Position numbers and translations under genes: made by a program. 64,000 bases of DNA. It comes from the human T2T-CHM13v2.0 reference genome, Homo sapiens. The notes beneath the pieces were generated by a model that did not search any database, was not told the origin of the DNA, and worked only from the letters and a program-made list of their open reading frames with translations. Below, in pieces: positions 1 to 13,630 of the stretch. Location: the NCBI RefSeq assembly GCF_009914755.1, contig NC_060932.1; one strand, written 5' to 3'. Position 1 is the stretch's first letter, and each line of letters starts with the position of its first letter.

Positions 1-800
<800 letters not shown>

Positions 801-1989
801 AAACGTTCCAAAAGAGGAAAAACAAACCAACCAGCAAGAAGACAAGGTAGGCACTATCCCCCTGTCCTCTGCATCATTATCTCTAATTCTTGAACTCACC
901 AGGGGATGGCCAGGCGATTTGGATGAACCACTTGGCCTACCTCCAAAATGGACTGTATGTGTGCATGTGCATGAAGTCGTGGGGTTGGTGGGGAATGGGC
1001 ACAGAGATCTGCTGAGAAAGGCCGTAGATACACAGTACTAACAGCCCTACGGATTCATGGAAGCCCTTGCATTATGTATATGCCAACCAATCATCATTGT
1101 TTTGGGAGTAAACAAAGAGACCACTAAATTTAGAATAAATTTCAAATTCACCTAAATGATACATGTCTGGTAAATGGGACCCTTTTGTGAAGCAAGAAAC
1201 TGTCTGAAACATTCAGCTCCTGGTCTCTGGGGCAGAATACAACTTAAAAGGAACACAGGATTGTCAGAGCTTTGTTTCTCACATCATCCTCTAACAATCC
1301 CCATTCAGCATCCAGTGGCCTAACTGGATCCAATCCCTCACCAGCACCATTTAGGAGAGGCTCAGAAACTTCTGTTCCTTGGCATATGGTTAGCATGTGT
1401 GAATATCAACATGAAGTGTTACCAGAGGGACAGATAGAAGCTCAAGAAAGATCTACTACAAAAACAAAAAAGGAGGAAGACAGCCAGCTGGGGAGCCAGC
1501 AATCATCATTGTATAGTTAATGAGGCTGACAATGGAAAAGCACTTAGCTCCAGATGGAAGCTAGAAATTAGCCACATTCCAGCCCAGGGAGCGCAGGCCT
1601 GACCTGGGGGCCAGTTCTGGGACAGAGCACCAGACCCTGGGGAAGAAGGAACAGTGAATACCTTCTGATGACCTTTCAGTGGTCCTTCGTGATGGCAAGT
1701 CACAGGCACCTGAAAAGCCAGTTGTCCTGAGAGCATCACCTCCAAATTACAGAGGCGGAAGTTTTGAGGCATCCATGTGTTCTGCCTCTGAACTCCTCCC
1801 AGCACCTCAGCTCCCAGGGAGCTACCATAACCTGCAATTAACTAGATGGCACTACTTCTCCACAGCGAGCCAGGCACAGACCAGGAGTAGTTCCAAAAAT
1901 GCCTCAGGCCTCGTCCTCCCCTCCAGGAGCCAACAGCCCAGCTGGGGTGCCCAGACACACAGCCCCAGAAGGTAATTAACAGTGAGCTG

Positions 1990-2135
1990 GTGGAAGGAAC
2001 ACGGCCCAGGTCAGGAGACTCGACTTCTCATCTCAGCTTGCTCACTAATTGGCCATATGACCTTGGAAATTTCAGGCCCTCCACCTCTCTGGACTTCAGT
2101 TTCATTGTTTATAAAGTGAGCTGGCTGAACTAGCA
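1990..2135 (+). mobile_element. MIR SINE
   Basis: Core tgaccttgg...ctctctggacttcagtttcattgtttataaagtgag. Confidence 0.75.
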
Positions 2136-2662
2136 TCAGTGGACGTGAAACTTTGCTAAGAGTGGGACCAATTTTTTCGAAAGGGAAGTTTTCAAGGAAA
2201 CTAATATGTGAAATAGACGAAAGTGAAACCGATCTGTGTTGAAGCAGAAGGAGCCCCCAGCCAGGATGGTGCAGTCTCCCCAGAAGATGGTTTGGAAAGC
2301 ACCGAAATAGGGTTCCTCCCAGCTCTGAATGGTCTGGAGATCCACCAACGTCAGTCTACTGCAACCACACGTGCTAAATGTGCAGTGATTGGAAGAGGCA
2401 AATGGTGTGTGTGAGGTCAGAAACCCAACCCACAGGCCACCTGAGCAGAGCAGCAGTAAGAATAGACTCCAGGTCCAAAGATTTGGAAGGACACTCATTA
2501 ATTCCAGATGGACCTTTACCACCATTACCTATAGATGCAGTGTCCTGCTTCATCCAGCTCAGCTGATCATCTGCTCGAGAGACTCCTCATTCTGGAACAC
2601 TGTCCAGCTCCCAGGTTCCAGCCTGCTCCCGTGTCAAGTTCTGCTCTCTTGAATACCCCAAA

Positions 2663-2869
2663 GCAGTGCTACACAATGGAACTGTCTGTGATGAAGGAAA
2701 CATTCCTATTTTGCACTGACTAATATAATCCATTAGCCAATAGTCACCTTATTGGCTATGGAGCACTTAAAATGTGGCTATTTCCACTGAGGAACTGAAT
2801 TTTTAATTTCATTTTATGTAAACTTAGTTAGCCACATGGGGCTAGTGGTTACCATATTGGCCAGCACAG
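2663..2869 (+). mobile_element. MER3 (hAT-Charlie MITE)
   Basis: gagcacttaaaatgtggcta...actgaggaactgaatttttaattt...agccacatggggctagtggttaccatattgg matches MER3. Confidence 0.85.
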
Positions 2870-2972
2870 CATTTACGGATCTGTGTTTCCTCTCAAATCC
2901 CACCTTCTCTCCACCCTTAATCTAAATTGCATCACTGAGAGGCCCTCTCAGAAAGCAGTGGTGTGAGTTTCC

Positions 2973-3137
2973 CAGCCCCTGGAGAGTGTGGTCCTTGGAC
3001 CTGCAGCATCAGCATCACCCAGGGGCTTACTGGAAATGCAGAGTCTCCAGCCTCCTCCAGTTCTCCTGGGTCATCACCTGTATTTTAACAAGATGTCTCA
3101 GTGACTTGTACCTTTAAGAACGTTGAAGAAGCACCGT
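2973..3137. mobile_element. MER5A (hAT-Charlie MITE)
   Basis: agtgtggtccttggacctgcagcatcagcatcaccc...gaaatgcagagtctc...tattttaacaagat. Confidence 0.8.
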
Positions 3138-3164
3138 TCTAGCCCTCTGAGGGGGGCAGGACAC

Positions 3165-3280
3165 AAAAAGAAACTGAGGCCCAGATAATGTGAATGGCTC
3201 ATCAAGACTCACACAGCCAAAAATGGGTTGAAATAATGCTTCTAACCCACATCATCTGATTTTAGTTCAATGGACAGTTC
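3165..3280 (-). mobile_element. MIR fragment
   Basis: gaaactgaggcccaga...tcacacagc. Confidence 0.6.
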
Positions 3281-4044
3281 ATAGCCTCTCCTTATTTATC
3301 TGTCCTTTGCTTCTGCCCAGGAGTAGCCATTATCAATTTTTTAACAGGAGTCATTTAGTCTCCCAGACTGCCAGCTTACCCATTACCACTAAACTGTTAA
3401 CACTTAAGCCCAGCCATTAACAAAGTTATTTAGCATAAATGGAAGGCAGCATCCTGGCCTCCATTACAGAGAGTGTAGCTAGACCATTGGTTTTCAACCT
3501 GGTAGGTACTTCAGGGGCTTTGCAAACATTTGATTCAAATTATAAATAGATACTAGAAATTTTTAAAGCACAGTACAGAACAGCACAAGCATGAAAACGT
3601 GTAGCATAATACATCTTAGCACTTAGAAGACCACCAAGACCACTGTGTAAATTTGTGACACCAGGTTAAATCGTCTTTTTTCAGAACTTACAATAATTTC
3701 TGCCATCTGACAAATATCCAAACTTCCGGTACAGGCATCATTGATTAGGAACATTGTTTTGCATTGGAGCATTTTTCATGTAGGGTTTTTTGGTTTTTAA
3801 CTTAGATCTTCACGTTTCTTTGTGTGAAGAAACAGGCTGTTTCAGAAAACATATTATTGCTCTACGTGTGTTCCCCAAGCTGTTCAATGCCAGGCAAGGC
3901 TCAGGCTCTATGCTGGGGGCATCTTCTTTCTTGGCATAAGCTTCATGCAATAACTAGTGAAAAGTGACTTGCAGCATTAAGGTAACATCATACAACAATA
4001 GTTGAAGGGCTTTTGATAATTTATGGATGATTCTTACTTGATAT

Positions 4045-4330
4045 TGAGTCATTTCTATTGAGAAATATGCATGCAATGAAATGCATAGACCTTCACTATA
4101 TAATGGATGAGTTTTGGCAAATGCGTACACACCTATGTAAATAACAACCAAATTAAGTAAAGAACATTTCTGTTACCCAGGAAGGTTGCCTCCTGTCCTC
4201 TTCCAACCAGTCCTCATGACCTATGCCTGATTTCTACTTCTACAGATCAGTTGCATTCTGTTCTTGAACTTCATGTAGACAGAATCACACAATATGTACT
4301 CTTTTGTGCCTGTCTGCTTTCTCTCAGAGC
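4045..4330 (-). mobile_element. Old L1M (L1MD/ME-like) 3' end, left piece
   Basis: gatgagttttggcaaatgcgtacacacctatgtaa...tgttcttgaacttcatgtagacagaatcacacaatatgtactcttttgtg; continues at about 8130. Confidence 0.75.
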
Positions 4331-4352
4331 TCCCAGATCCCAGGAGAATTCA

Positions 4353-7300
4353 CTTTTTTTTTTTCCATAGGTTACTGAGGTACAGGTGGCATTTGGTTAC
4401 ATGAGAAAGTTCTTTAGTGGTGATTTGTGAAATTTTGGTGCACCCATCACCCAAGCATTATACACTGCACCCTATTTGTAGTCTTTTACCCCTCAACCCC
4501 TCCCACTCTTCCCCTCAAGTCCCCGAAGTCCATTGTATCATTCTGTTTATGTGGTGTATCATCTTTATTGACTTGTGTATGTTAAACCATCCCTGCATCT
4601 CTGGTATGAAACCCACTTGATCATGGTGGATTATCTTTTTGATATGTTGTTGGATTTGGTTAGCTAGTATTTTGTTAAGGTTTTCAGCGTCTATGTTCAT
4701 CAGGGATATCGGTCTGTAGTTTTCTTTTTTAGTTATATCCTTTCCTGGTTTTGGTATTAGGGTGATACTGGCTTCATAGAATGAATTAAGGAGGATTCCC
4801 TCTGTCTTTGTCCTGTGGAATAGTGTCAAAAGGATTGGTAACAATTCTTTGAATGGCTGGTAGAATTCTGCTGTGAATCCGTCTGGTCCTGGACTTTTTT
4901 TGTTGATAATTTTTTAATTACCATTTCAATCTTGCTGCCTATTATTGGTCTCTTCAGGGTATCTAATTCTTCCTGATTTAAGCTAGGAGAGTTGTATTTT
5001 TCCATGAATTTATCCATCTCTTCTAGATGTTCTAGTTTATGTGCCTAAAGATGTTCATAGTAGCCTTGAATGATATTTTGTATTTCAGTGGTGTCAGTTG
5101 TAATATCTCTCTTTTAGTTGCTTAATGAGGTCATTTGGATTTTCTCTCTTCTTGGTTAATATTGTCAATGGTCTATCAGTTTTATTTATCTTTTCAAAGA
5201 ACCAGATTTTGTTTCATTTATCTTTTGTATTATTTTTGTTTCAATTTCATTTAGTTCTGCTCTGATCTTGGTTATTTCCTTTCTTCTGCTGGGTTTGGAT
5301 TTGGTTTGTTCTTGTTTCTCTAGTTCCTTGAGGTACGACCTTAGAATGTCAGATTGTACTCTTTCAGTCTTTTTTATGTAGGCATTTAGGGCTATGAATT
5401 TTCCTCTTCACACCACCTTTGCTGTATCCGAGAGGTTTTGACAGGTTGTGACATTATTGTCATTCAATTCGAAGAATTTTTAAATTTCCATCTTGATTTT
5501 GTTTTTGACCCAATGCTCATTCAGATGCAGGTTATTTAATTTCCATGTATTTACATGGTTTTGAACATTCCTTTTGGAGTTGATTTCTAGTTTTATTCCG
5601 CTGTGGTCTGAGAGAGTGCTTGATATAATTTCAGTTTTCTTAAATATATTGAGGCTTGTTTTATAGCCTATCATATGGTCTATCCTGGAGAAAGTTTCAT
5701 GTGCTATTGCATAGAATGTATATTGTGTGGTTGTTGGGTGAAATGTTCTGTATATATCTGTTAAGTCCATTTGTTCCAAGGTATAGTTTAAATCCATTGT
5801 TTCTTTGTTGACTTTTTGTCTTGATGGCCTGTCTAGTACTATCAGAGGAGTACTAAAGTCCCCCACTATTATTGTGTTGCTGTCTGTCTCATTTCTTAGA
5901 TCTATTAGTAATTGTTTTATAAATTTGGGAGATCCAGCATTAGGCGCATATGTTTAGGATAGTAATATTCTTCTTTTGGACAGGGCCTTTTACCATTACA
6001 TAATGTTCCTCTTTGTCTCTTTTAACTGCCGTTGCTTTAAATTTTGTTTTGTCTGATATAAGAATAGCTACTCCTCTTCACTTTTGGTGTCCATTTGCAT
6101 GAAATGCCTTTTTCCAATCCTTTAAGTTTACATGAGCCCTTATGTGTTAGGTGAGTCTCCTGAAGGCAGCAGATAATTTGTTGGTGAGTTCTTATCCATT
6201 CTGCAGTTCCACATCTTTTAAGTGGGACATTTAGGCCATTTACATTCAATGTTAGTATTGAGATGTGAGGTACTATTGCATTCATCATGCTATTTGTTGC
6301 CTGTGTACCTTGTTTTTTTTGTTGTTGTTTTTGTTTTTTAAATTCTATGTTAGTTTTATAAGTCCTATGTGATTTATGCCTTAAAGAAGCTGTATTTTGA
6401 TGTGTTTCCAGGAATTGTTTCAAAATTTAGAGCTCATTTTAGCAGTTCTTGCAGTGGTGGCTGGGTAGTGGTGAATTCTCTCAGCATTTGTTTGTCTGAA
6501 AAAGACCGTATCTTTCCTTCATATATGATGCTTAGTTTTGCTGGATACGAAATTCTTGGCTGATAATTGTTTTGTTTGAGGAAGCTGAAGATAGGGCCCC
6601 AATCCTTTCTAGCTTGTAGGGTTTCTGCTGAGAAGTCTGCTGTTAATCTTATAGGTTTTACTTTATGATTACCTTGTGCTTTTGTCTCACAGCTCTTAAG
6701 ATTCTTTCTGGCATCTTAACTTTAGATAACCTGAGGATAATGTGCCTAGGTGATGATCTTTTTGCCATGTATTTCCCAGGCGTTCTTTGTGCTTCTTATA
6801 TTCGAATGTCTAGGTCTCTAGCAAGGCTGGGGAAATTTTCCTCAATTATTCCCCCAGATATGTTTTCAAAACTTTTAGATTTCTCTTCTTCCTCAGGAAC
6901 ACCAATTATTTTTAGGTTTGGTCATGTAACATAATCCCAGACTTCTTGGAGGCTTTGTTCATATTTTCTTATTCTTTTTTCTTTGTCTTTGTTGGATGGG
7001 ATTAATTTGAAGATCTTGTCTTCGAGCTCCAAATTTCTTTCTTCTATTTGTTCAATTCTATTACTGAGACTTTCCAGAGCATTTTGCATTTCTATAAATG
7101 TGTCCAATGTTTCCTGAAGTTTTGATTTTTTATGCTATTTCCTTGAGTATTTCTCCCTTCAGTTCTTGTATCATTTTTTGGATTTCCTTGCATTGGGCTT
7201 TCTTTTCTCTGGTGCCTCTCTGATTAGCTTAATAACTAACCTCCTGAATTCTTTTTCAGGTAAATCAGGGATTTCTTCTTTGTTTGGATTCACTGCTGGT

Positions 7301-8113
7301 GAGCTAGTGTGATTTTGGGGGGCTGTTTTGTCATATTACTAGAGTTGGTTTTCTGGTTCCTTCTTATTTGGGTAGGCTCTGTCAAAGGGAAGGTCTAGGG
7401 CTGAAGACTGTTCAGATTCTTTTGTCACATGGGGTGTTCACTTGACATAGTACTTTCCCCCTTTTCCTATGGATTTGGCTTCCTGTAAGCCAAACTGCAG
7501 TGACTTTTACCTCTCTTCTGGGTCTAGCCACCCAGCAAGTCTACCCAGCTCCAAGCTGGTACTGGGGGTTGTCTGCACAGAATCCTGTTATGTGAACTGT
7601 CTATGGGTCTCTCAGCTGTGGATACCAGCACGTGTTCAGCTGGAGGTGGTGGGGGAGTGAAATGCACTCTGTGAGGGTTCTTAGCTTTGGTGGTTTAATC
7701 TTCTATTTTTGTGCTAGTTGGCCTTCTGCTGGGAAGTAGTGCTTTCCAGAGAGCATCAGCCAGGGGATTAGGTAGAGGAGCCAGCAGTGGTAGGGGCCCT
7801 AGAATTCCCAAGAGCATATGCCCTTTTTGTTCAGCTATCAGGGTGGATAGGGAAGGCCCATCATGTGGGGGCAGAGCTAGGCGTGTCTGAGCTCAGACTC
7901 TCCTTGGCAGGTCTTGCTGTGGCTGAGCACCTGGGGCATCTCCTGGGTCCTGCAGAAGCAGTCCACTTCCTTCAGAGGGTCTGTTGTCCTCTTGGGATTC
8001 CCAGTTTGTTCTTACAGTCATTCTGGAGCTAAAATTCATGGTATGAGCCTCTGTACACTGTTCTGTCCATCTGAGTCACAGCTGCAATCTAGTCCTGCCT
8101 CCCATCCACCCTG
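4353..8113 (-). mobile_element. L1PB-like LINE-1 with 5'UTR, ORF1 and ORF2 endonuclease region; most of RT/C-terminus deleted; decayed
   Basis: Poly-T plus L1PB 3' end at 4353; ORF-track pieces 4515-4844 ([19 protein letters not shown]), 5480-5866 (GDFSTPL, SDHSGIKLEI), 6037-6423 (ISILTLNVNGLN), ORF1 piece 6922-7107; many stops and frameshifts. Confidence 0.95.
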
Positions 8114-8129
8114 ATGAGCCCCTGAATTT

Positions 8130-8745
8130 TCTGACTTTATTGTTCAGTAATATCACATGATATGAATATTTCATATTTTCTTTATCCCTTCACCTGTAGA
8201 TAAATATATGGGTTGTCTCCAGTTCGGGTTCTTGGAACTAAAACTACTATATTCTCATATAAGTCTTTTTCCAATCTTATATTTTCGTTTCCTTTGGGTA
8301 AATACCTAGAAAGAGAATTGCTAGGTCATAGGAGAGGTAAATGCCTAACCTTGCATGAAACTCTCAAGAAGTTTTCCAGAGAAGTTGGAATACGCCCACC
8401 AAAAAAGCATGAATGTTCAAGTCAGTCCAAATCCTTGCTAGCACTTGGTGTTGTCAGTCTCATTTATTTTATCTGTTCTCCTAGGTACCAAGAGGCAGAT
8501 CATGTGGGGTTTGTGGGTTTTGTTTTATCAAGCACCTTTTTCTATGCTTATTGAGCATTTCCATACCTCCTTTTGTGAAGTATCCTTCAAGTCTTTTGCC
8601 CATTTATCAGAGGCTTGTCTTTTAACTCTTGATGAATTAGAGTCCTTTTTTAAAAAATATCTGGACACTAGGCATTTGTCAGATATGTGTGTTATAACTA
8701 TTTTCTCCCAGTCCGTGACTTGCCTTTTCAACATGATGGATTTTT
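8130..8745 (-). mobile_element. Old L1M continuation (ORF2 C-terminal/3' region)
   Basis: ORF 8528-8794 KRQVTDWEKI..HISDKCLVSR..KWAKDL resembles L1 ORF2 C-terminus. Confidence 0.8.
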
Positions 8746-8863
8746 TATTTTTTTTATTTCTGAAAATGCAAATGCTGTTAGATATTATTAACATTTAACT
8801 TTGATATAACAATTTTTTATTCACCACTTTCTAAGTCTCTAGAGGTATTCTGAAAAAATAAAG

Positions 8864-9224
8864 GTAGGAGTTAGTGGGGAAGGAGGGATGAATAGGCAGA
8901 ACACAGAGGATTTTTAGGGCAGTGAAGCTACTCTGAATGACACTACAATGTAAGTACATGTCATTATACATTTGTCAAAACCCATAAAATACATAACAGC
9001 AAGAGTGAACCCGAATGTAAACTTTGGACTTTGGGTGATAATGAGATGTCGATGTAGGATCTTCAGTTGTAACAAATGCAGCACTCTAAGGGGATGTCAC
9101 TAGTGGGGGAGGTTGTTGGGGAAATGTGCAGGTGATATAGAGAAACTCTGTAATTTCCATTCAGTTTGTCTGTGAACCTAAAACTGCTCTAAAAAATAAA
9201 GTTAATGTAAAAATACTTAAAAAC
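8864..9224 (+). mobile_element. L1MC1-like 3' end
   Basis: gagggatgaataggcagaacacagaggatttttagggcagtgaa...gaacctaaaactgctctaaaaaataaag; flanked by aaaataaagg direct repeats. Confidence 0.85.
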
Positions 9225-9426
9225 AAAATAAAGGAATTTGTTACCATTTGCAGCTGTATATTCACGTAGATTTTTGTAACTGCTCTCATTGTCTGGCTTT
9301 ATAGTAAGTAAATATTAAAGCTCTTCCCATTTTATCTAATAAAATAACAACTCTAGCAGTTTATATATCCTAATTTCCTATTATACTTTATATTAAAGCT
9401 ACTGCTATTAAAATACACAAAACATT

Positions 9427-11743
9427 CTTTTTAATGTTAGATTCAAGGGGTGTGTGTGCAGGTTTGTTACATGGATATATTGTGTGATGCTGACGTTTGG
9501 GCTGCTAATGATCCTGTTGCCCAAGTAGTGAACATAGTATCCCATAAGTAGTTTTTAAACCCTTGCCCACCTTCCTCCCTCCTCTTTTGGAATCACTAGT
9601 GCTTATTGTTCTTATATTTGTTTCCATGTGTACCTAATATTTAGCTCCCACTTTTAAGTGAGAGCATGTAGTATTTGGTTTTCTTTTTCAGCATTAACTC
9701 ACTTAAGATAATGACCTCCAGCTGCATCCATGTTGGGGCAAAAGGCCTAATTTTGTTCTCTTTATGGGTACATAGTATTCCATATGTATATGTACATTTT
9801 CTTTATCTAGTCCACTGTTAACGGGCACCTGGGTTGATTCCATGTCTTTGCTATTATAAATAGTGCCGTGATAAACATATGAATGCAGGTATGTTTTTGG
9901 TAGAACAATTTATTTTCCTTTGGGTATATACCCAGTAATGGGATTGCTGAGTTGAATGGTAATTCTATTTTTAGTTCTTTGAGAAATCTCCAAACTGCTT
10001 TCCACAGGGGTTGAACTAATTCACATTTTAACTAACATTGTATAAATTTTCCCTTTTCTCTGTACCTTGCCAGCATGTTATTTTTTGACTTTTTCATAGT
10101 CGTTCTGACTAGTGTGAGATGGTATCTCATTGTAGTTTTGATTTGCATCTCACTGATTAATGATGCTGAGCATTTTTGCATGTTTGCTGGCTGCTTGTAT
10201 GTCTTCTTTTGAGAAGTGTCTGCTCATGCCCTTTGCCCACTTTTTAATGGAGTTGTTTTTCTTGTTGATTTAAGTTTTTGATAGATTCTGGATATTACTC
10301 CTTTGTCTGGCTGCCTAGTTTTCAAATATTTTCTCCCATTCTGTAAGGTGGCTGTTTATTCTGTTGATAGTTTCTTTTGCTGTGCAGAAGCTCTTTAGTT
10401 TAAGTGCCATTTGTGTATTTTTTATCTTGTTGCTTTTACTTTTGGGGTCTTCGTCATAAATTCTTTGCCTGTGCCAGTGTCTAGAAGAGTATTTCCTAGG
10501 TTTTCTTCTAGAATTATTATAGTTTGACATCTTACATTTAAGTCTTTAATCCATCTTGAGTTAACTTTTATAGATGGTGAAAGGTGGAGATCCAGTTCAA
10601 TCCTTCTGCATATGGTTAGCCAGTTTTCCCAGCAACATTAACTGAATGAGGTATCCTTTCCCTATTATTTGTGTCTCTTTTGCTGAAGATTAGTTGGTTG
10701 TAGGTGTGTGGCCTTATTTCAGGGGTCTCTATTCTGATCCTTTTGTCTGTGTGTCTATTTTTGTAGCAGTACCATGCTGTTTTGATTACACAGCCTCATG
10801 GTATAGTTTGAAGTCTGGGAATGTGATACCTCTGGATTTGCTCTTTTTGCTTAGGATTGTCTTGGCTATTCTAGTTCTTTTTTGGTTCCATATGAATTTT
10901 AGAATAATTCTTTCTAATTCTGTGAAAAACGACATTGGTAACATGATAGGAATTGTGTTGGATCTGTAGATTGCTTTGGGCAGTATAGACATTTTAACAA
11001 TATTGATTCTTCCAATCCATGAGCACAGAATGCTTTTCCATTTGTCTGTGTCATCTCTGATCTTTTTCAGCAGTGTTCTGTAGTTCTTCTCTTAGAGATC
11101 TTTCACCTCCTTGGTTAGGTATATTTCTAGATATTTTCTGGGTGTGTGCAGCTATTTTGGGGGCATTAGGTTAGGTTGGGTATGTTCCTTGGTTAGGTAT
11201 ATTCCTAGGTATTTGGAGATGTATGCGGGATTGCATTCTTGATTTGGCTCTCAGCTGGAATGTTATTGGTGTATAGAAATGTTACTGACTTTTGTACATT
11301 GGTTTTGTACCCTGAGACTTTGCTGAAGTCATTTATTCAGTCGAGAAGTTTTGGGTAGAATCTTTAGGGTTTTCTAGGTATAGAATCCTATGAGGAGCAA
11401 AGAGAAATAATTTGACTTTCTTTTTTCCTATTTGGATGTGATGAGTTTTACTTCTTTCTCTTGCCTAATCTCTCTGGCTAGCACTTCCAGTACTATGTTG
11501 AATAGGAAGGGTGAGAGTCCTTGCCTTGTTCCAGTTCTTAGGGGGAATGTTTCTAGCTTTTGCCTATTCAGTATCATGGTAGGTGTGGGTTTGTCATATA
11601 TGGCTTTTATTCTTTTGAGGTAAATCCCTTCTATGCCTAGTTTGTTGAAGATTTTTGTCATGAAGGAATGTTGGATTTTATTGAATGCTTTTTCTATGTC
11701 TATTGAGATGATCATATGGTTTTTGTTTTTAATTCTGTTTATG
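9427..11743 (-). mobile_element. 5'-truncated L1 (L1PA15/16- or L1PB4-like), RT to 3'UTR, decayed
   Basis: ORF pieces [35 protein letters not shown] (11428-11775), [10 protein letters not shown] (10786-10992), KLKSFCTAKETI (10315-10530); possible TSD aaaatacacaa/aaaagacacaa. Confidence 0.95.
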
Positions 11744-12509
11744 AAAAAAAAAGACACAATTTTTAAGAAATCCAAATATATAGGTATACATAGGCTACAG
11801 TGTCCACTCTGGTTGACTTATAAATGTGTTTTTTTCTCTTCATGCTCATAATTCTTCTCTGATTCACCGCCAACTAAATAAAAACACCTCTATACTAACA
11901 TACACTCTACGTCACCATGTAATTCAATTATAGAACACAAAGTGGCAAATGCTGTATGCAGTTTCTAGACTCTCAATCAGATTGTATGGCTCCTGTGGCC
12001 CTGGATCCTTTACTAAGTCACTCACTGCCAGTCATCACCAACACCAGCAGTCCTTTCAGGCCTCAACAAAGACAACTTCTGGACTCCAACATTCTAGAAC
12101 TTCTCATGAGGACAAGTTGTGTCTTCCCGACTGGAAAAACCCATTCAACATTGTAAATTCAGTGTATTTGGGATGTACTGATCATGGACCGAAAGAAGGC
12201 AGAAATGTATTTCAACAATGCTCTTGGGGTCTTCTCTCTCAGAAATTCTCCTTGACCTACCAAAAATGTAATTTCCCAAAACAGAAGAGCTACATTTTTA
12301 TGTGGGAGACATATTCTAAAGTCAAAAGTGAAAAAGGAAATTGAATATGGACAATATTACCCTTGCAAATTCCTTACATTTTCTACAAAATATATTATGC
12401 AGTGTTTGGAAAATGCAGTTGTGTACAGCATTATATAAGCACAAATGGAATATAAATACAATCTATCTTACATATAGTGTTACATATAAAATATTACACA
12501 TATATAAAA

Positions 12510-13240
12510 TGGCAAAGATGGTGAAGAGGTGAGAATGTGGAGCGATGAAGATTCTCATTCTTTGCCAATAAGAGTATAAGTTAGGTCAGCAACTTTAACA
12601 GTTGGCATTACCTAGTAACTTGAACAGGCTCATATCCTATATCCCAGAAATACCACTCCTAAGTGGAATTCTAAACAAACTCATATACAGGTACCAGGAA
12701 CCATGTAAAGAATGCTCACACTAGCATTGTTCACTATGGTAAAAAATTGCAAAGCACACAAATGTTTGTCAATAGTAGAGTCGATGAGTGAATGATAGTG
12801 CGGTCATGCAACGGCACAGCACGCTGCCATCAAATGAGCTGGCTAAAGCCACAAACCCAATGTAGAGCCAAGAAGCTGATCACAAAAAAGAATGCATGCA
12901 GATGATTCTGTTTATAAGCCAGACAAAACCACACAACACTTAACAATATACTATTTAGTGATATGTGAATAGGTGGAAAAACTAAAGAAAAGCAAGGGGA
13001 AGATATCAGAAAAGTCTTCTAGTAGTTGCCTCAGAAGGAACAGAGGGAATGTTACTGGGGAAGGAGGACATAGTGAGCTTTAAGGTACAGGCACTAACCT
13101 GTTTCTTAACCTGGATGGAAACGTTATGTTCTACCTTCTCCTCTCCCTCCTCCTCCTTCTCCTCCTCCTCCTCCTTATTCTTTAAATTGTATGGGGGGTC
13201 CTCTATACTCTGACATATTTTCTAATTTTACAAAATATAG
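12510..13240 (+). mobile_element. L1ME-like 3' region
   Basis: tatcccagaaataccactcctaag...gaatgctcacactagcattgttc...aaatgtttgtcaatagtaga. Confidence 0.7.
13133..13180. repeat. (CCT)n-like polypyrimidine tract
   Basis: ccttctcctctccctcctcctccttctcctcctcctcctcc. Confidence 0.85.
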
Positions 13241-13260
13241 CAATTCATCATGACATACAA

Positions 13261-13630
13261 TGCCTTAGTTCAGGCTGCTATTACAAAAATACTCTAGACC
13301 CAGTGGCTTAAACAACAGAAATTTATTCTTTAGAGTTTTTGAGGCTGAGAAGTCCAAGGTCGAGGTGCTGACTGATTCAATTCCTGGTGAGTTGCCCTCT
13401 TCCTGGCTTGCAGAGGGACACCTTCTTTCCTTACTCTCACGTGGCAGAAAGAGGACTCTTGTCCCTTCAGCTCCTTATAAGGCCACCAGCCCCATCATGG
13501 TGGCCCTACATTCATAACCTCATCTAACCCTCATCACCTCCCAAAGGCCCCACCTCCAAATACTCTCGCATTAGGAATTAAGCTTTCACCATATGAATTT
13601 GGGAGGGACATAAACATTCAATCCATAGCA
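13261..13630 (-). mobile_element. MLT1A-type solo LTR (ERVL-MaLR)
   Basis: ggctgctattacaaaaatac...ggcttaaacaacagaaatttatt...tatgaatttgggagggacataaacattcaatccatagca. Confidence 0.9.

Noticed and set aside
2136-2525. 129-aa ORF with a hydrophobic N-terminus
   Set aside because: No recognisable domain or exon structure; length is within chance expectation.
4515-7107. L1 ORF1/ORF2 pieces as functional CDS
   Set aside because: Multiple stops and frameshifts, and the RT is deleted; retrotransposition-incompetent.
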